Source: Macrostomum lignano (Eukaryota). Taken from it: a stretch of DNA of 64,000 bases. Both the position numbers and the translations under genes were made by a program. The DNA lies in NCBI GenBank assembly GCA_002269645.1, contig NIVC01002573.1, forward strand, positions 1,116-65,115. Direction: 5' to 3'. Position 1 is the first letter of the stretch. Every line of letters begins with the position of its first letter. This document shows, one piece after another, positions 26,612-37,016 of the stretch. The notes under the pieces were generated by a model. It was not told the origin of the DNA, ran no database searches, and saw nothing but the letters and a program-made list of their open reading frames with translations.

Positions 26612-27270
26612 CACTCAGCAACATTTAAAACGCGACACTCTAACTAGAAAAAAAATCAACTCACTCAGAAGAGTCAAAGCGCATAGTCTATGGTTCAAAT
26701 CGAGCTTCAGAAACGCGTGTAGCTTCCTCTCGCAAGTAACAGGGCGATGACTATGGACTGTTTTCAGATAGAGTGATCCAGCTGAGAGAATGGTTCAACA
26801 GATGACAGACGCGGAAAGATGGCGAGCAGTCGGAATGTTGGAAGCAGGTTGTACTCTTCGAACAGTTGCGCACGCTACGATAATGCACCGGCGCACCGGG
26901 CAGCAGCTGTCAGCGAACTCAAGGACCAGCTGCACCTGCGTACTCTTCGGTGGCCTTCAAGATCCCCTGATATGAACCCAATTGAACATGTCTGGGACTT
27001 TATCAAGCGGAGTGTTCAACGGCAGAATCCGCCGCAGACAGTCGCTGAACTGCGAAACGCTGTTGCTAACGCGTGGCAGGAAATTCCCCAGGACTTTTTT
27101 CGACGCCTTGTTCTGGGAATGCCACGTCGAGTCAACGCCCTGTTACTTGTGAGAGGAGGCTACACGCGTTTCTGAAGCTCGATTTGAGCCATAGACTATG
27201 CGCTTTGACTCTTCTGAGTGAGTTGATTTTTCTTCTAGTTAGAGTGTTGCGTTTTAAATGTTGCTGAGTG
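26612..27270 (+). mobile_element. Internally deleted Tc1-family (DD34E) DNA transposon, 659 bp
   Basis: TA duplications at 26610-11 and 27271-72. 140-bp TIRs (26612-26751 / 27131-27270, 6 mismatches by eye). N-terminal fragment MVQQMTDAERWRAVGMLEAG at 26790 is fused out of frame (~26875) to DNAPAH...WPSRSPDMNPIEHVW with 34 residues between D and E; stop at 27175. Confidence 0.95.
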
Positions 27271-28024
27271 TACATTATATTGTCACGTTGCAAGAAGATT
27301 AATGCAAATTCTACACAGCCAGGAAAGCCTCTATGGTCTCTGCTACCCTGGCACAGCATTTGGCTTGTTATTGACATAGACATTCTTTCTCCCCACTTAT
27401 TTTCCTCTTGTGTCTGTCTCACTGTTTGTTCGTATAATTAATTGGCTTTCTTCACTCCTTCCTTCTGGCCTTCTCTCTCAGCCTTTCTCACGTGTACTTT
27501 TCACTGCACCCTCTCTGCTGTTTTCGCCCTGCTCAAACATACAGGTGAGCCTAATTTCGAAAATTGATTTATTAAAGCTCACCATACAGAAATCCAGTGT
27601 CATCATTAGGGAAAAATTTAAATAATGCAAATTTGTTTTTCTGAATTTTCCTGCTTTTCGGTTGCCAGTGCGGCTTTCATTTGTTTCATGGCTCCGCAGG
27701 GCTTCGAGGGAATCTGAAAAGAAGCAGGGAACTCGGCAGTCGGGCGAGTCTGATCACTTTTTTAACCATCCAGCGAGGCCAATCCAGTTTGAATTCCGGA
27801 GCAAAAGGAAACCCTTGCCTACCATTGTTCTCTGCCTGCAACCATTTGCTTGCAGCGCTGGCCTGCCGGTTCAGTGAGTGGCACTCTTCGCTTTTTGTCA
27901 AGCAAGCGGGTGCGGGGCTTTGAGCTGCCCAGCTGATTTGAGTTCTGTTCTGAGTATCTACACTAGGGATCTGCTGATCCTGTAGCTCTGTGGGCAGGGT
28001 CGTTCTTTAGACTCAGATCTCAGT

Positions 28025-28817
28025 CTTATTAAGATTCCGGTCAAATATCTTGATAAATTTATTAAGCCGGTCATCCCAGCGACATATATATGTTATATGT
28101 TACCATATATGTTACCATTACAGATGACCAAACGTTGGTTAGCTTCGATGTTGAATCCTTGCTCACAAATGTCCCGTTGAAGCTCGCCATCGATCTTGCG
28201 TGCTAGTACGTGTATAGCGACAACAATACCAATAAACAGCCGTTCGATGCTCGAAAGTTAAAAAAAAACTGCCCGAATTGAGTACCAACGGTATCTTAAT
28301 ATTTCAAAACAAATTATATCGTTAAACTGATGGATGTGCAATGGGCAGCCCGCTGGCTCCAACGCTGGCTAACTTATGCCTGGTGCAGTGGGAGTCTGAG
28401 TGGTTAAAGAGTGTAAATCGGCACCACGGATGTAACTATCGATATGTCAATGACACGTTCGCCATTTTTGATTCTCAAACTCATGATGAGTTTTTTGACA
28501 TGCAAGAATCAATGAACTGAACAACATTAAAGAAAATCCCGACCAAAAGTGGATATCCGTCAAGTTTTACTGATTATGAGATTTCCAGGTTCCTGCTCTA
28601 GAAATTCGATAAGAAAGAACAAAGTACGCAAAGGGAGTAGAAGATAATTCTAATCCAGTCATCAAAATTCCATACTTGGTCCTGGCAGCATTAAATTTCA
28701 AAAGAAATTAACTTATATTTGTCGCAAGCATTTTGAATCCAGTGCAACCAGTGTGTTAACGTGAACCCCGCTCACAATTTTAAAATCATCGATCGCACTG
28801 AGCACCATAGTAAACTA
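28025..28817 (+). mobile_element. Decayed Penelope-like retroelement, left part (RT and start of the endonuclease C-terminus)
   Basis: SFDVESLLTNVP (28141), DGCAMGSPLAPTLANL (~28329-28376), YRYVNDTF (28437, YVDD mutated to YVND), then FKIIDRTEHHSKL ending at 28817. Stops and frameshifts present. Confidence 0.9.
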
Positions 28818-30670
28818 CTAGCAATCTAGTGCGGCCCCCCTTCGGGGCGCCCAATAAGCAAGGAGCAAAAATAGTTCATGGAAAAAAATTAAAAAAGCAC
28901 ATTTTCTTAAACACCAATTCCTTCTTCACTTTTAAAAATCACCTTATTCATGTAAAATTGTCACGGACAATGATATTTGCTATGAATATCTTTTTTTCTA
29001 AAATTAGCAAACAGACAACAAAATAAAGCGTTCACAAAGATAACAGACATTCCCCCTAAATAGAAAATATTCCCAAGACAGCAAGCATCCCCCTCTAAAA
29101 GTAAGCAACCGCAGATAGCAAGCATCCCTAATACTCGTAGCTAGCATCCACCCAGATAGCAAGCATTCTGCAGATAGCAAGCATCTCCCAGATATTGTTG
29201 AAGCATCCACCCAGATAGCAAGCATCCTGCAGATAGCAAGAATCCCTAAATAGCAAGCATCCCTGGATAGAAAGAATCCCATACGTGTAGCCAAGCTTAT
29301 CAAGCGCAGTAATCCTTTGTTTGCCAAGTGCAATAATCCTTGGTTTATCAAGTGCAGTAAATAGAAAATAATAACCCCCTAAATAGAAAATATTTCCAAG
29401 ACAGCAAGCATCCCTTCAGATAGTAAGCACCCCCCCTCCAAAAGTAAGCAACCGCAGATAGCAAGCATCCCTAATACTCGTAGCAAGCATCCATCCAGAT
29501 AGCAAGCATCTGCAGATAGCAAGCATCCCCCAGATATTGTTGAAGCCTCCACCTAGATAGCAAGCATCCACCCAGATAGCAAGCATCTGCAGATAGCAAG
29601 CATCTCCCAGATATTGTTAAAGCATCCACCTAGATAGCAAGCATCCTGCAGATAGCAAGCATCCATCAAATATTGTAGAAGCATGCACCCAGATAGCAAG
29701 CATCCTGCACATAGCAAGCATCCACCAAGATGGCAAGCATCCCCCAGATAGCAAGCATCCCCCAGATAGCAAGCATCCCCCAGATAGCAAGCATCCTCCA
29801 GATAGCAAGCATCCCCCAGATAGCAAGCATCCCCCAGATAGCAAGCATCCCCCAGATAGCAAGCATCCCCCAGATAGCAAGCATCCCCCAGATAGCAAGC
29901 ATCCCCCAGATAGCAAGCATCCCCCAGATAGCAAGCATCCCCCAGATAGCAAGCATCCCCCAGATAGCAAGCATCCCCCAGATAGCAAGCATCCCCCAGA
30001 TAGCAAGCATCCCCCAGATAGCAAGCATCCCCCAGATAGCAAGCATCCCCCAGATAGCAAGCATCCCCCAGATAGCAAGCATCCCCCAGATAGCAAGCAT
30101 CCACCTAGATAGCAAGCATCCCCCAGATAGCAAGCATCCCCCAGATAGCAAGCATCCCCCAGATAGCAAGCATCCCCCAGATAGCAAGCATCCCCCAGAT
30201 AGCAAGCATCCCCCAGATAGCAAGCATCCCCCAGATAGCAAGCATCCCCCAGATAGCAAGCATCCCCCAGATAGCAAGCATCCCCCAGATAGCAAGCATC
30301 CCCCAGATAGCAAGCATCCCCCAGATAGCAAGCATCCCCCAGATAGCAAGCATCCCCCAGATAGCAAGCATCCCCCAGATAGCAAGCATCCCCCAGATAG
30401 CAAGCATCCCCCAGATAGCAAGCATCCCCCAGATAGCAAGCATCCCCCAGATAGCAAGCATCCCCCAGATAGCAAGCATCCCCCAGATAGCAAGCATCCC
30501 CCAGATAGCAAGCATCCCCCAGATAGCAAGCATCCCCCAGATAGCAAGCATCCCCCAGATAGCAAGCATCCCCCAGATAGCAAGCATCCCCCAGATAGCA
30601 AGCATCCCCCAGATAGCAAGCATCCCCCAGATAGCAAGCATCCCCCAGATAGCAAGCATCCCCCAGATAG
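28818..30670. mobile_element. Unclassified 1853-bp minisatellite-carrying insertion with a 10-bp target-site duplication
   Basis: TAGTAAACTA at 28808-28817 and 30671-30680; removing the insert and one copy restores the Penelope frame. Left end ctagcaatctag plus a GC hairpin (28831-28852); no TIR. Confidence 0.85.
29060..30670. repeat. 17-nt minisatellite (ccagatagcaagcatcc), degenerate on the left and near-perfect from ~29740
   Basis: Direct tandem array; a ~320-bp higher-order duplication at ~29058 and ~29381. Confidence 0.97.
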
Positions 30671-30680
30671 TAGTAAACTA

Positions 30681-30960
30681 TCTATATTGGGAGCTTTGCA
30701 CATCAAAGACTGTAAACCCTCTCTTCACGTTCAATTAGCAGGGAGATGCAGCGGTGTGCATCTCAGAATTTTCTTGCTCTGTCGACTTTTTAAGTTAAGG
30801 CTGTGCAATTCTAGCTTTTTTGGTACACTATGCTCTAATTTATAATTTATATGTTGCGTCTCTTCTACCATGTTGGTCTCAAAAATATTTTATTCTACCC
30901 GAAGATGCTGTGAGTTCAGCGAAACATGTCGTACAAATAAAGTTTTAGTTTTATTCGCCA
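30681..30960 (+). mobile_element. Penelope-like element, right part (endonuclease C-terminus and 3' pseudo-LTR region)
   Basis: SILGALHIKDCKPSLHVQ continues the frame from 28817 and fits the KLxILEALHIKxxKPSLNxQ tail typical of Penelope GIY-YIG domains; hammerhead motif and aataaa follow. Confidence 0.82.
30886..30941 (+). ncRNA. Minimal (Penelope-type) hammerhead ribozyme with a mutated core
   Basis: CCGAAGA-T (30899-30906; canonical CTGAAGA), stem II gctg/cagc with loop tgagtt, GAAA (30921-24), short palindromic stem III C-AT-GTC, predicted cleavage after 30930. Stem I tttattctac/gtacaaataaa is imperfect. Confidence 0.75.
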
Positions 30961-31051
30961 TCGGTATCCACAAATACTCGAAAAAGAAAATGTTTAATGT
31001 CGGCTTTGTCGTTTTTAATCTTCTAAAGAAAGTAGCCAGCCTCGAAGCAAA

Positions 31052-31185
31052 TGACTCTTTAAGAAGTGCGGCCCATAGGCGTGTGTTCTGACACCTCCAG
31101 CCCTCTGTGGCCACTCGTGGCCTTTGAGAAGTGTATTTTCTTGTTTTTGTCCCACCCAATTAATAGACTACAATAAGTATTCTAA
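31052..31185 (+). mobile_element. Dispersed repeat family C, copy 1 (probable SINE/LINE 3' tail)
   Basis: Homologous to 49682-49830 (agaagtgcg..aggcgtgt(g/a)ttctg..cctcca(g/a)ccctctgtggccact(c/t)gtggcc..gaga(a/g)gtgtatttt). Confidence 0.7.
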
Positions 31186-31559
31186 AACAGCCTCTCAAGG
31201 CTATCCGAAAATAAACCTTGCCTACATCCCAGCTCTAGAACTGCGCGATACTTTCACTCACCTAGCCTGGAAAAATGGTTCATTTTTATTGCCCCGGCCA
31301 TAATGCAAGGCTGCGGCAGCAAACTGATGCACAGCACGAGCTAAAAGGCCTCAATTATACCGACTTTGAACGGATAACAGTGCAGAAGTCCTTCTGTCAG
31401 TCACGCACCCTCTCTTGCTCTGAAACTGGGAGAAGAATGGGCCTCTCCAGGAGAAGAAGAGACAGTGCGGAAGGCGGCTGGGACGGGACGGTGGAAAGCA
31501 AGAAAAGCATCGGCAGCGACGCCCGATAGGTTGCCAGGCCTGAGGGAATTCTGGTAGCT

Positions 31560-31877
31560 ATGGGGAGACGCTTTAAGACAAAAGCGCCTGCCTTCCCCTC
31601 TGCCTACGAGTACTTCTGCCAACTCGCCCGCAGGCCCCAGACTCGTGTCCACCGCTCTGAGTCCTCGCCAGCCATGGCCTCGGGCCCTCCCCAGATGGTG
31701 CAGGTGCTGTCATACCAGCCCGCCACTGACAGCCGCAGCAACAACAGCCGGTCGTCGGCCTCGCTCTCCCCAGAAGCCAAGGAGCTGCCAAGAATTACCA
31801 AGAAGCCGCAACAGCAGCAGCAACAACAACAACATGAGAAGCAGACGGCAAAGACAAAAAAGAAGCCGAAACAACAG

Positions 31878-31955
<78 letters not shown>

Positions 31956-32513
31956 TCTTTCTCTGACACGGAAAGTCGCGGCTCGAAGTCGCAGCAGCAG
32001 CCGAAGCCGCCGCCGCCGAATCATCACCGCCAGGCCACAACGTTCGGCAGCGACTGGCGAAACCCAAACGAGATGGACTACTCGGATCCCAACGGGCCGA
32101 GGCGGCGCGACCAGCAGGACGGCATCAACGCGCCGCTGCTGCACCGCCGTCTGGACGCCGCCCTGCAGCGCATCGACAGAATCGGCAGTCCAAAGAAGCT
32201 CAAGAAGGAGATGCGCGAGCTGCGGCAGCAGTTCGCCTTGCTGGAGGCGCGGATCCAGGACTACCAGGAGATGCGGGACAGCCTCACCTACCAGCAGGGC
32301 GTGGTGGCCTCTGTCAACGCCAGGCTGTCCAAGCTGGAGGCCGAGATGAAGCGCATCGGGGCTGAAGCTGAGGAACTCACCCACCTGCTCAAGACGCCTG
32401 GCGCGCTGGAGGAGGAGCAAATCAGGGTCACGAGGGAGAAGATTAGCAAGAAGCGGCAGCAGAGCACCACGGGAAGCAATCGGCCGGGCGGCTCGAAGGC
32501 GAATAAAGACTGA
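31560..32513 (+). CDS. PolyQ-containing coiled-coil protein, single coding exon, 317 aa; paralog of 35148-35633
   Basis: Open frame with a CAG tract (~31878-31951) and a heptad-rich C-terminal half; shares GIN.P.LHRR.DA and ..PG.L..EQ motifs with the 35148 ORF. Confidence 0.8.
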
Positions 32514-32611
32514 GACTGAATTTTTGTTTATGTTTATGTTTAAAGCAGGTTTTGGGGTTAGGGTTTAGTCTTTGTGATATCGGAAATATATTAAAGTGTT
32601 AATAGTTCAGA

Positions 32612-32941
32612 CCTCACTATCGAGTGCTCATAGTCCAGAGCTCACTATCGAGTGCTCATAGTCCAGAGCTCACTATCGAGTGCTCATAGTCCAGAGCTCA
32701 CTATCGAGTGCTCATAGTTCAGAGCTCACTATCGAGTGCTCATAGTCCAGAGCTCACTATCGAGTACTCACTATTGATTGCTAACTATCGAGTGCTCATA
32801 GTCCAGAACTCACTATCGAGTGCTCATAGTCCAGAGCTCACTATCGAGTGCTCATAGTCCAGAACTCACTATCGAGTGCTCATAGTCCAGAGCTCACTAT
32901 CGAATGCTCATAGTTCAGACTTCACTATCGAGTGCTCATAG
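32612..32941. repeat. 28-nt minisatellite (ctcactatcgagtgctcatagtccagag)
   Basis: About 11 tandem units; each unit is self-complementary (actat.gag/ctc.atagt). Confidence 0.95.
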
Positions 32942-33404
32942 CTAGCAGCTGAGCTTCAACTGCTCACAGACGCTAGCCGATTTGGCTACCAAAGTTAGGT
33001 ATCAGTTGCCATGAAATGTGCATTAAGACAGTTTGCTAATTGTCAAATGAGAAAGAAATATGCTGCTTGATAATTGAATATTTTCTTTACTGACCTTCGT
33101 TCTGAAAGTGCTGTCTGTTTGTCTGCGTCCAAGTAATTAATATTTCAATATTTTTAATCCACATATACTTGATTTCTATAAACTATTGCTATACTGTCTT
33201 ATTAAAGTGAGAAAATTTCAAATTGCTATATTTTCAAGTATAAATATAAATTTTTTTATATTCAAGTTGCTTTCTGTTGACTAACTGAAGTCGTAAGCTC
33301 GAAAATCAGTTTCCGACTCTTCCAGTTGGATTCCTCTCTGCATCACTTGGACACTAAAAAAACGTTCTTGTATTTCATTCACCACTATACTGAAATGGTT
33401 TGTC

Positions 33405-33572
33405 GGTAGGTAGGTAGGTAGGTAGGTAGGTAGGTAGGTAGGTAGGTAGGTAGGTAGGTAGGTAGGTAGGTAGGTAGGTAGGTAGGTAGGTAGGTAGGTA
33501 GGTAGGTAGGTAGGTAGGTAGGTAGGTAGGTAGGTAGGTAGGTAGGTAGGTAGGTAGGTAGGTAGGTAGGTA
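33405..33572. repeat. (TAGG)n microsatellite
   Basis: Perfect tetranucleotide run. Confidence 0.98.
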
Positions 33573-33654
33573 GCTATGTGATTGATTAAAAAAACGGCTC
33601 AACTGATTTTCATGAAACTTATACACCGTTTGATCAGAAATTTTTCTTGTCAGA

Positions 33655-33983
33655 GATTCCAAGGCTTACGGGAATTGCTGAGATGTCAAGGCTTACGGGA
33701 ATTGCTGAGATGCCAAGGCTTACGGGAATTGCTGAGATGCCAAGGCTTACGGGAATTGCTGAGATGCCAAGGCTTACGGGAATTGCTGAGATGCCAAGGC
33801 TTACGGGAATTGCTGAGATGCCAAGGCTTACGGGAATTGCTGAGATGCCAAGGCTTACGGGAATTGCTGAGATGTCAAGGCTTACGGGAATTGCTGAGAT
33901 GCCAAGGCTTACGGGAATTGCTGAGATGCCAAGGCTTACGGGAATTGCTGAGATGCCAAGGCTTACGGGAATTGCTGAGATGT
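33655..33983. repeat. 27-nt minisatellite (gagatgccaaggcttacgggaattgct)
   Basis: About 12 near-perfect units. Confidence 0.97.
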
Positions 33984-34175
33984 GAAGGGTCAATTGGAAG
34001 TTGTTGGTAGGCCAAGCCAAAGGTGGATCAAAAGGGAGAGTTTGGGTTAAGCCATGTCTCAAATGGAGGCTTTGGTGACAAAGCTCACAGAGGATGCTGA
34101 TATCTTAGACTAGCTAGATGGCTGACCTTCAGGGCTGGTGCTTTTTGCTTTAAACATCATTTTTTTTATTAGAGG

Positions 34176-34522
34176 CAGGGGGGTTGTGTGCACCCTGGCA
34201 CACTTTAAGCGACATGGGCACACAACCGGCGAGAGGCATTACTGCCCATTCTGCCGACTCCCCTGAGCAGGCATACAAGCGCGCGGATACGTACGCAGGC
34301 ACACACTCACACAGGAGTGTACAGCGGCCCTAACTTTATATTATCGTTAGGCATGTACACTTCACTGCGCCTTGGGGGGTTGGCTCTCAAGGCCGTTAAT
34401 TGCACGAGCAGAGCCAAGCCGAGATTCCAATTCAGCCCCAAATTAATGTGACTGCACTTGGAATCGAGCCTGGGTCGCTGGCACACCAGAGCCTGCGCTA
34501 GACCGCTGGGCTACGGACCCCC
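34176..34522 (-). mobile_element. tRNA-derived SINE, family B, copy 2 (more complete head)
   Basis: - strand head ggggtccgtagcccagcggtctagcgc...caggctcgattcc with A box (tagcccagcgg) and B box (ggctcgattcc); body matches 5181-5465. Confidence 0.85.
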
Positions 34523-35147
34523 ATCATTTTCCGTAGTAGGATACTAAAAATAGCGACTGTACAAGGTCAAAACTCACATGTATTTTATTAAAAAAATGTA
34601 TTACTTTCTTTGTTGCCTCTCCAACGGGGGCCGCTGGAGTAAGTCTAAATTTTGCTGGGAGCACCGGCCGGGAACTGCTTTGACTGTGGGCAACAAATTA
34701 AACTGGGGTGGTCGTTTGAGCTGGGATAGGGGACAGGGAGAGACAGGGGAGGCAGAGGCTTTGCCGGGGACGCTTCAAGCTAGAAATCTGGACTGGAAAC
34801 GAAGCTCTCACTGGGCCGTTTCTTTGCGACAGCTTAAAGCCGATGAACTTTTCTTCTAGGAAGGCGGACAGAAAATTCTGTAGTGCCTCTAAAATGCCAA
34901 TTTTCTTCAGAATTGTGCAGCCGATACAGCTCACAGAAGACCTCGATCGGCTCCAGACGCTTTGGCTTGAACGCCCTGGCTTCCCTTTGCCTCCACGGTT
35001 GCTATGGCCGCGCTGCCATCGGGAGCAGCTCAGTTCAGTCCCGTATAATAAAATTGAGAATATAATTTATTTTGCTCCAGGACCAGCTATTCAATTCAAC
35101 GATTCCAGAGTCCCTGAGCCCGATCTATAGCGTCTGCCCAGCATTCG

Positions 35148-35633
35148 ATGGACCATCACGGCAAGCCGCCCGGCCTCCAGCAGTCGCCGTTGCAGCAGCC
35201 GCAGCCGCCGCCGCCGCTGGCGATGCGCCGGGAGAAGACCCGCCTGACTTTCGTCCGCGCCATCCAGAAGGCGACGGCGGCCCAGGCCGAGCAGGGCATC
35301 AACGGCCCAGCGCTGCATCGCCGCATCGACGCGGTCTGTCGCCGGCTCGACTCGCTTGGCGACCTCAGCGAAGTCCGCGACCAGCTGGCCGCGGTGCAGA
35401 GCAAAACTGGCCGGGTTGGCAAGATGGAGAAGCAGCTGGCCGAGCTGCAGCAGCATCTGGCGCAACAGGAGGCGCTCACTGCCGACCTGGTAGGCCGCCT
35501 GGCCAAGGTGGAGTCGGAGAATGCCGGCATGCTGAAGCTGGTGGGCGAGCTGCACGAGATCATTCTGAACCCCGGCAGGCTGCAGCAGGAGCAGCAGGCA
35601 GCGGTGAGGCGGAAGAACCTGACGGAGAAGTGA
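35148..35633 (+). CDS. Coiled-coil protein, single coding exon, 161 aa; paralog of 31560-32513
   Basis: GC3-rich open frame, heptad pattern, motifs shared with the 31560 ORF; possible acceptor tctatag at 35130. Confidence 0.8.
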   Translation: MDHHGKPPGLQQSPLQQPQPPPPLAMRREKTRLTFVRAIQKATAAQAEQGINGPALHRRIDAVCRRLDSLGDLSEVRDQLAAVQSKTGRVGKMEKQLAELQQHLAQQEALTADLVGRLAKVESENAGMLKLVGELHEIILNPGRLQQEQQAAVRRKNLTEK

Positions 35634-37016
35634 CTGGCCGGCGTTGACCTCCTCTGTTGCTTGCATAATTAACAGATTAATTTACAGCAGTTATTGCTGG
35701 TATGGAGGACTCATAGGAAATTTCTGTGCACTCAATGCCCTCTCCCTCCCTCCCAAGGAAGCAAGACAAATTAAGACGGTTGATTACAAGACGTTTAAAG
35801 TCTACTTTTGCTTTAGAAGTCAATAGCAAGATTATTGAAAATCGAGAACTTTTTAGAAATCAAATTCAGGAAACACGTCAATATAACACTTCAACAAAGT
35901 TTGAATTGCCGTAGAAAACTTGAAAAGAGGCCTTAACATACAGTCAATAACTGTATACTTGTTACTTGTAAATAAGCCTCTGCGGAAGTGTCAGAGTTTT
36001 TCAGCTCTTCATCGTGTACTTTTAGCAGATATGGATTTCATATTGGCTTTTTTTTACAAGAATGAAGGGTTTTCCGTTGAAAATTTTCGATAAATAATCG
36101 ACTGGCCATTGAAATTGTTGCAAGCATCGAGTCGGTTATCGAGTCGGTTTATCGAGTCGGTTATTTTTTGGACAGAGTTCACGTCATACAAGCTGACAAT
36201 TTTCTGAAAGGCAAAAAACATAAAAAATACCTCTCTCAAAACTCCTGCCTAGCTGTGCCAACCCGACACTGCTCACTGCATCCCAGCTCATCCAGCGTGA
36301 GCCTGCCCCCTGGTTTTGATATTGTATACTCATAGATATGCATTCTATTGGGGGGGGGCAACAGACGCAGCCCCAGATGAGTTCCTTGATGCACGGCTCA
36401 GCAACCCAGCGCTTCTCGCTGCCCAGCTGAACTGCTGCCAGCTGTTTCCCACAGAGGAGCAGCGCGAGTTTCTTAATGCGAGCTCGCGACAGCCGGTAAC
36501 TGTAGCGGGCGTTCCCAGCGCTACCCCCGTTGCTTAGCAACACCCGAGAATGCAAGGCCAAGGAAGAATTGTGGAAAAGCAAACTCGCTCGAGTCCACAG
36601 CAGTTCATGTCATCGAAAGTAGACACAGCGCCCAAACTTATCGCTGATACAGTAGCAAATGTGGCCCTTGCTCGCTTAAACTCTTCACCTCACCGCCGCC
36701 CCGGCCCCTTTCGCCATTCTCCATGCCTCAGATGCTTAGGAAACAAGCTTCCCTATGTATTCTAAAAATTGTGGCAAAAACCTCGCGTCTCTACTTTGGG
36801 CCATAAAGTAAGGGTTTCATCTGAAAAGGATGCCACAAGTACTGTTAATCTTCCGGGTTTTCGCGCGCACTCATCAGAGACTTCTCGGTTTAGCTTTCAC
36901 GTCTTCGAATAAAACAAATAGACTTAAACTATTCGAACAAATAAAGTTATTGCACTTCAATTATCGTGTATTCTTTTATAAAAAATTGGTTCTGTGTAAA
37001 AACAGTAAAATAAAAG

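Noticed and set aside
29553-30845. Long repeat ORFs (DSKHPP, IASIPQ, GDACYL) and similar ORFs over other arrays (SVCL/TDRQ, GIAEMPRLT, PTYL)
   Set aside because: Stop-free translations of tandem repeats. Only the SKLSILGALHIK tail is meaningful, as Penelope sequence.
32545-32570. Telomeric-type ggggttagggtttag, and cctaacc motifs at ~2510-2550 and ~4088-4115
   Set aside because: Only one or two imperfect units; not an interstitial telomere array.
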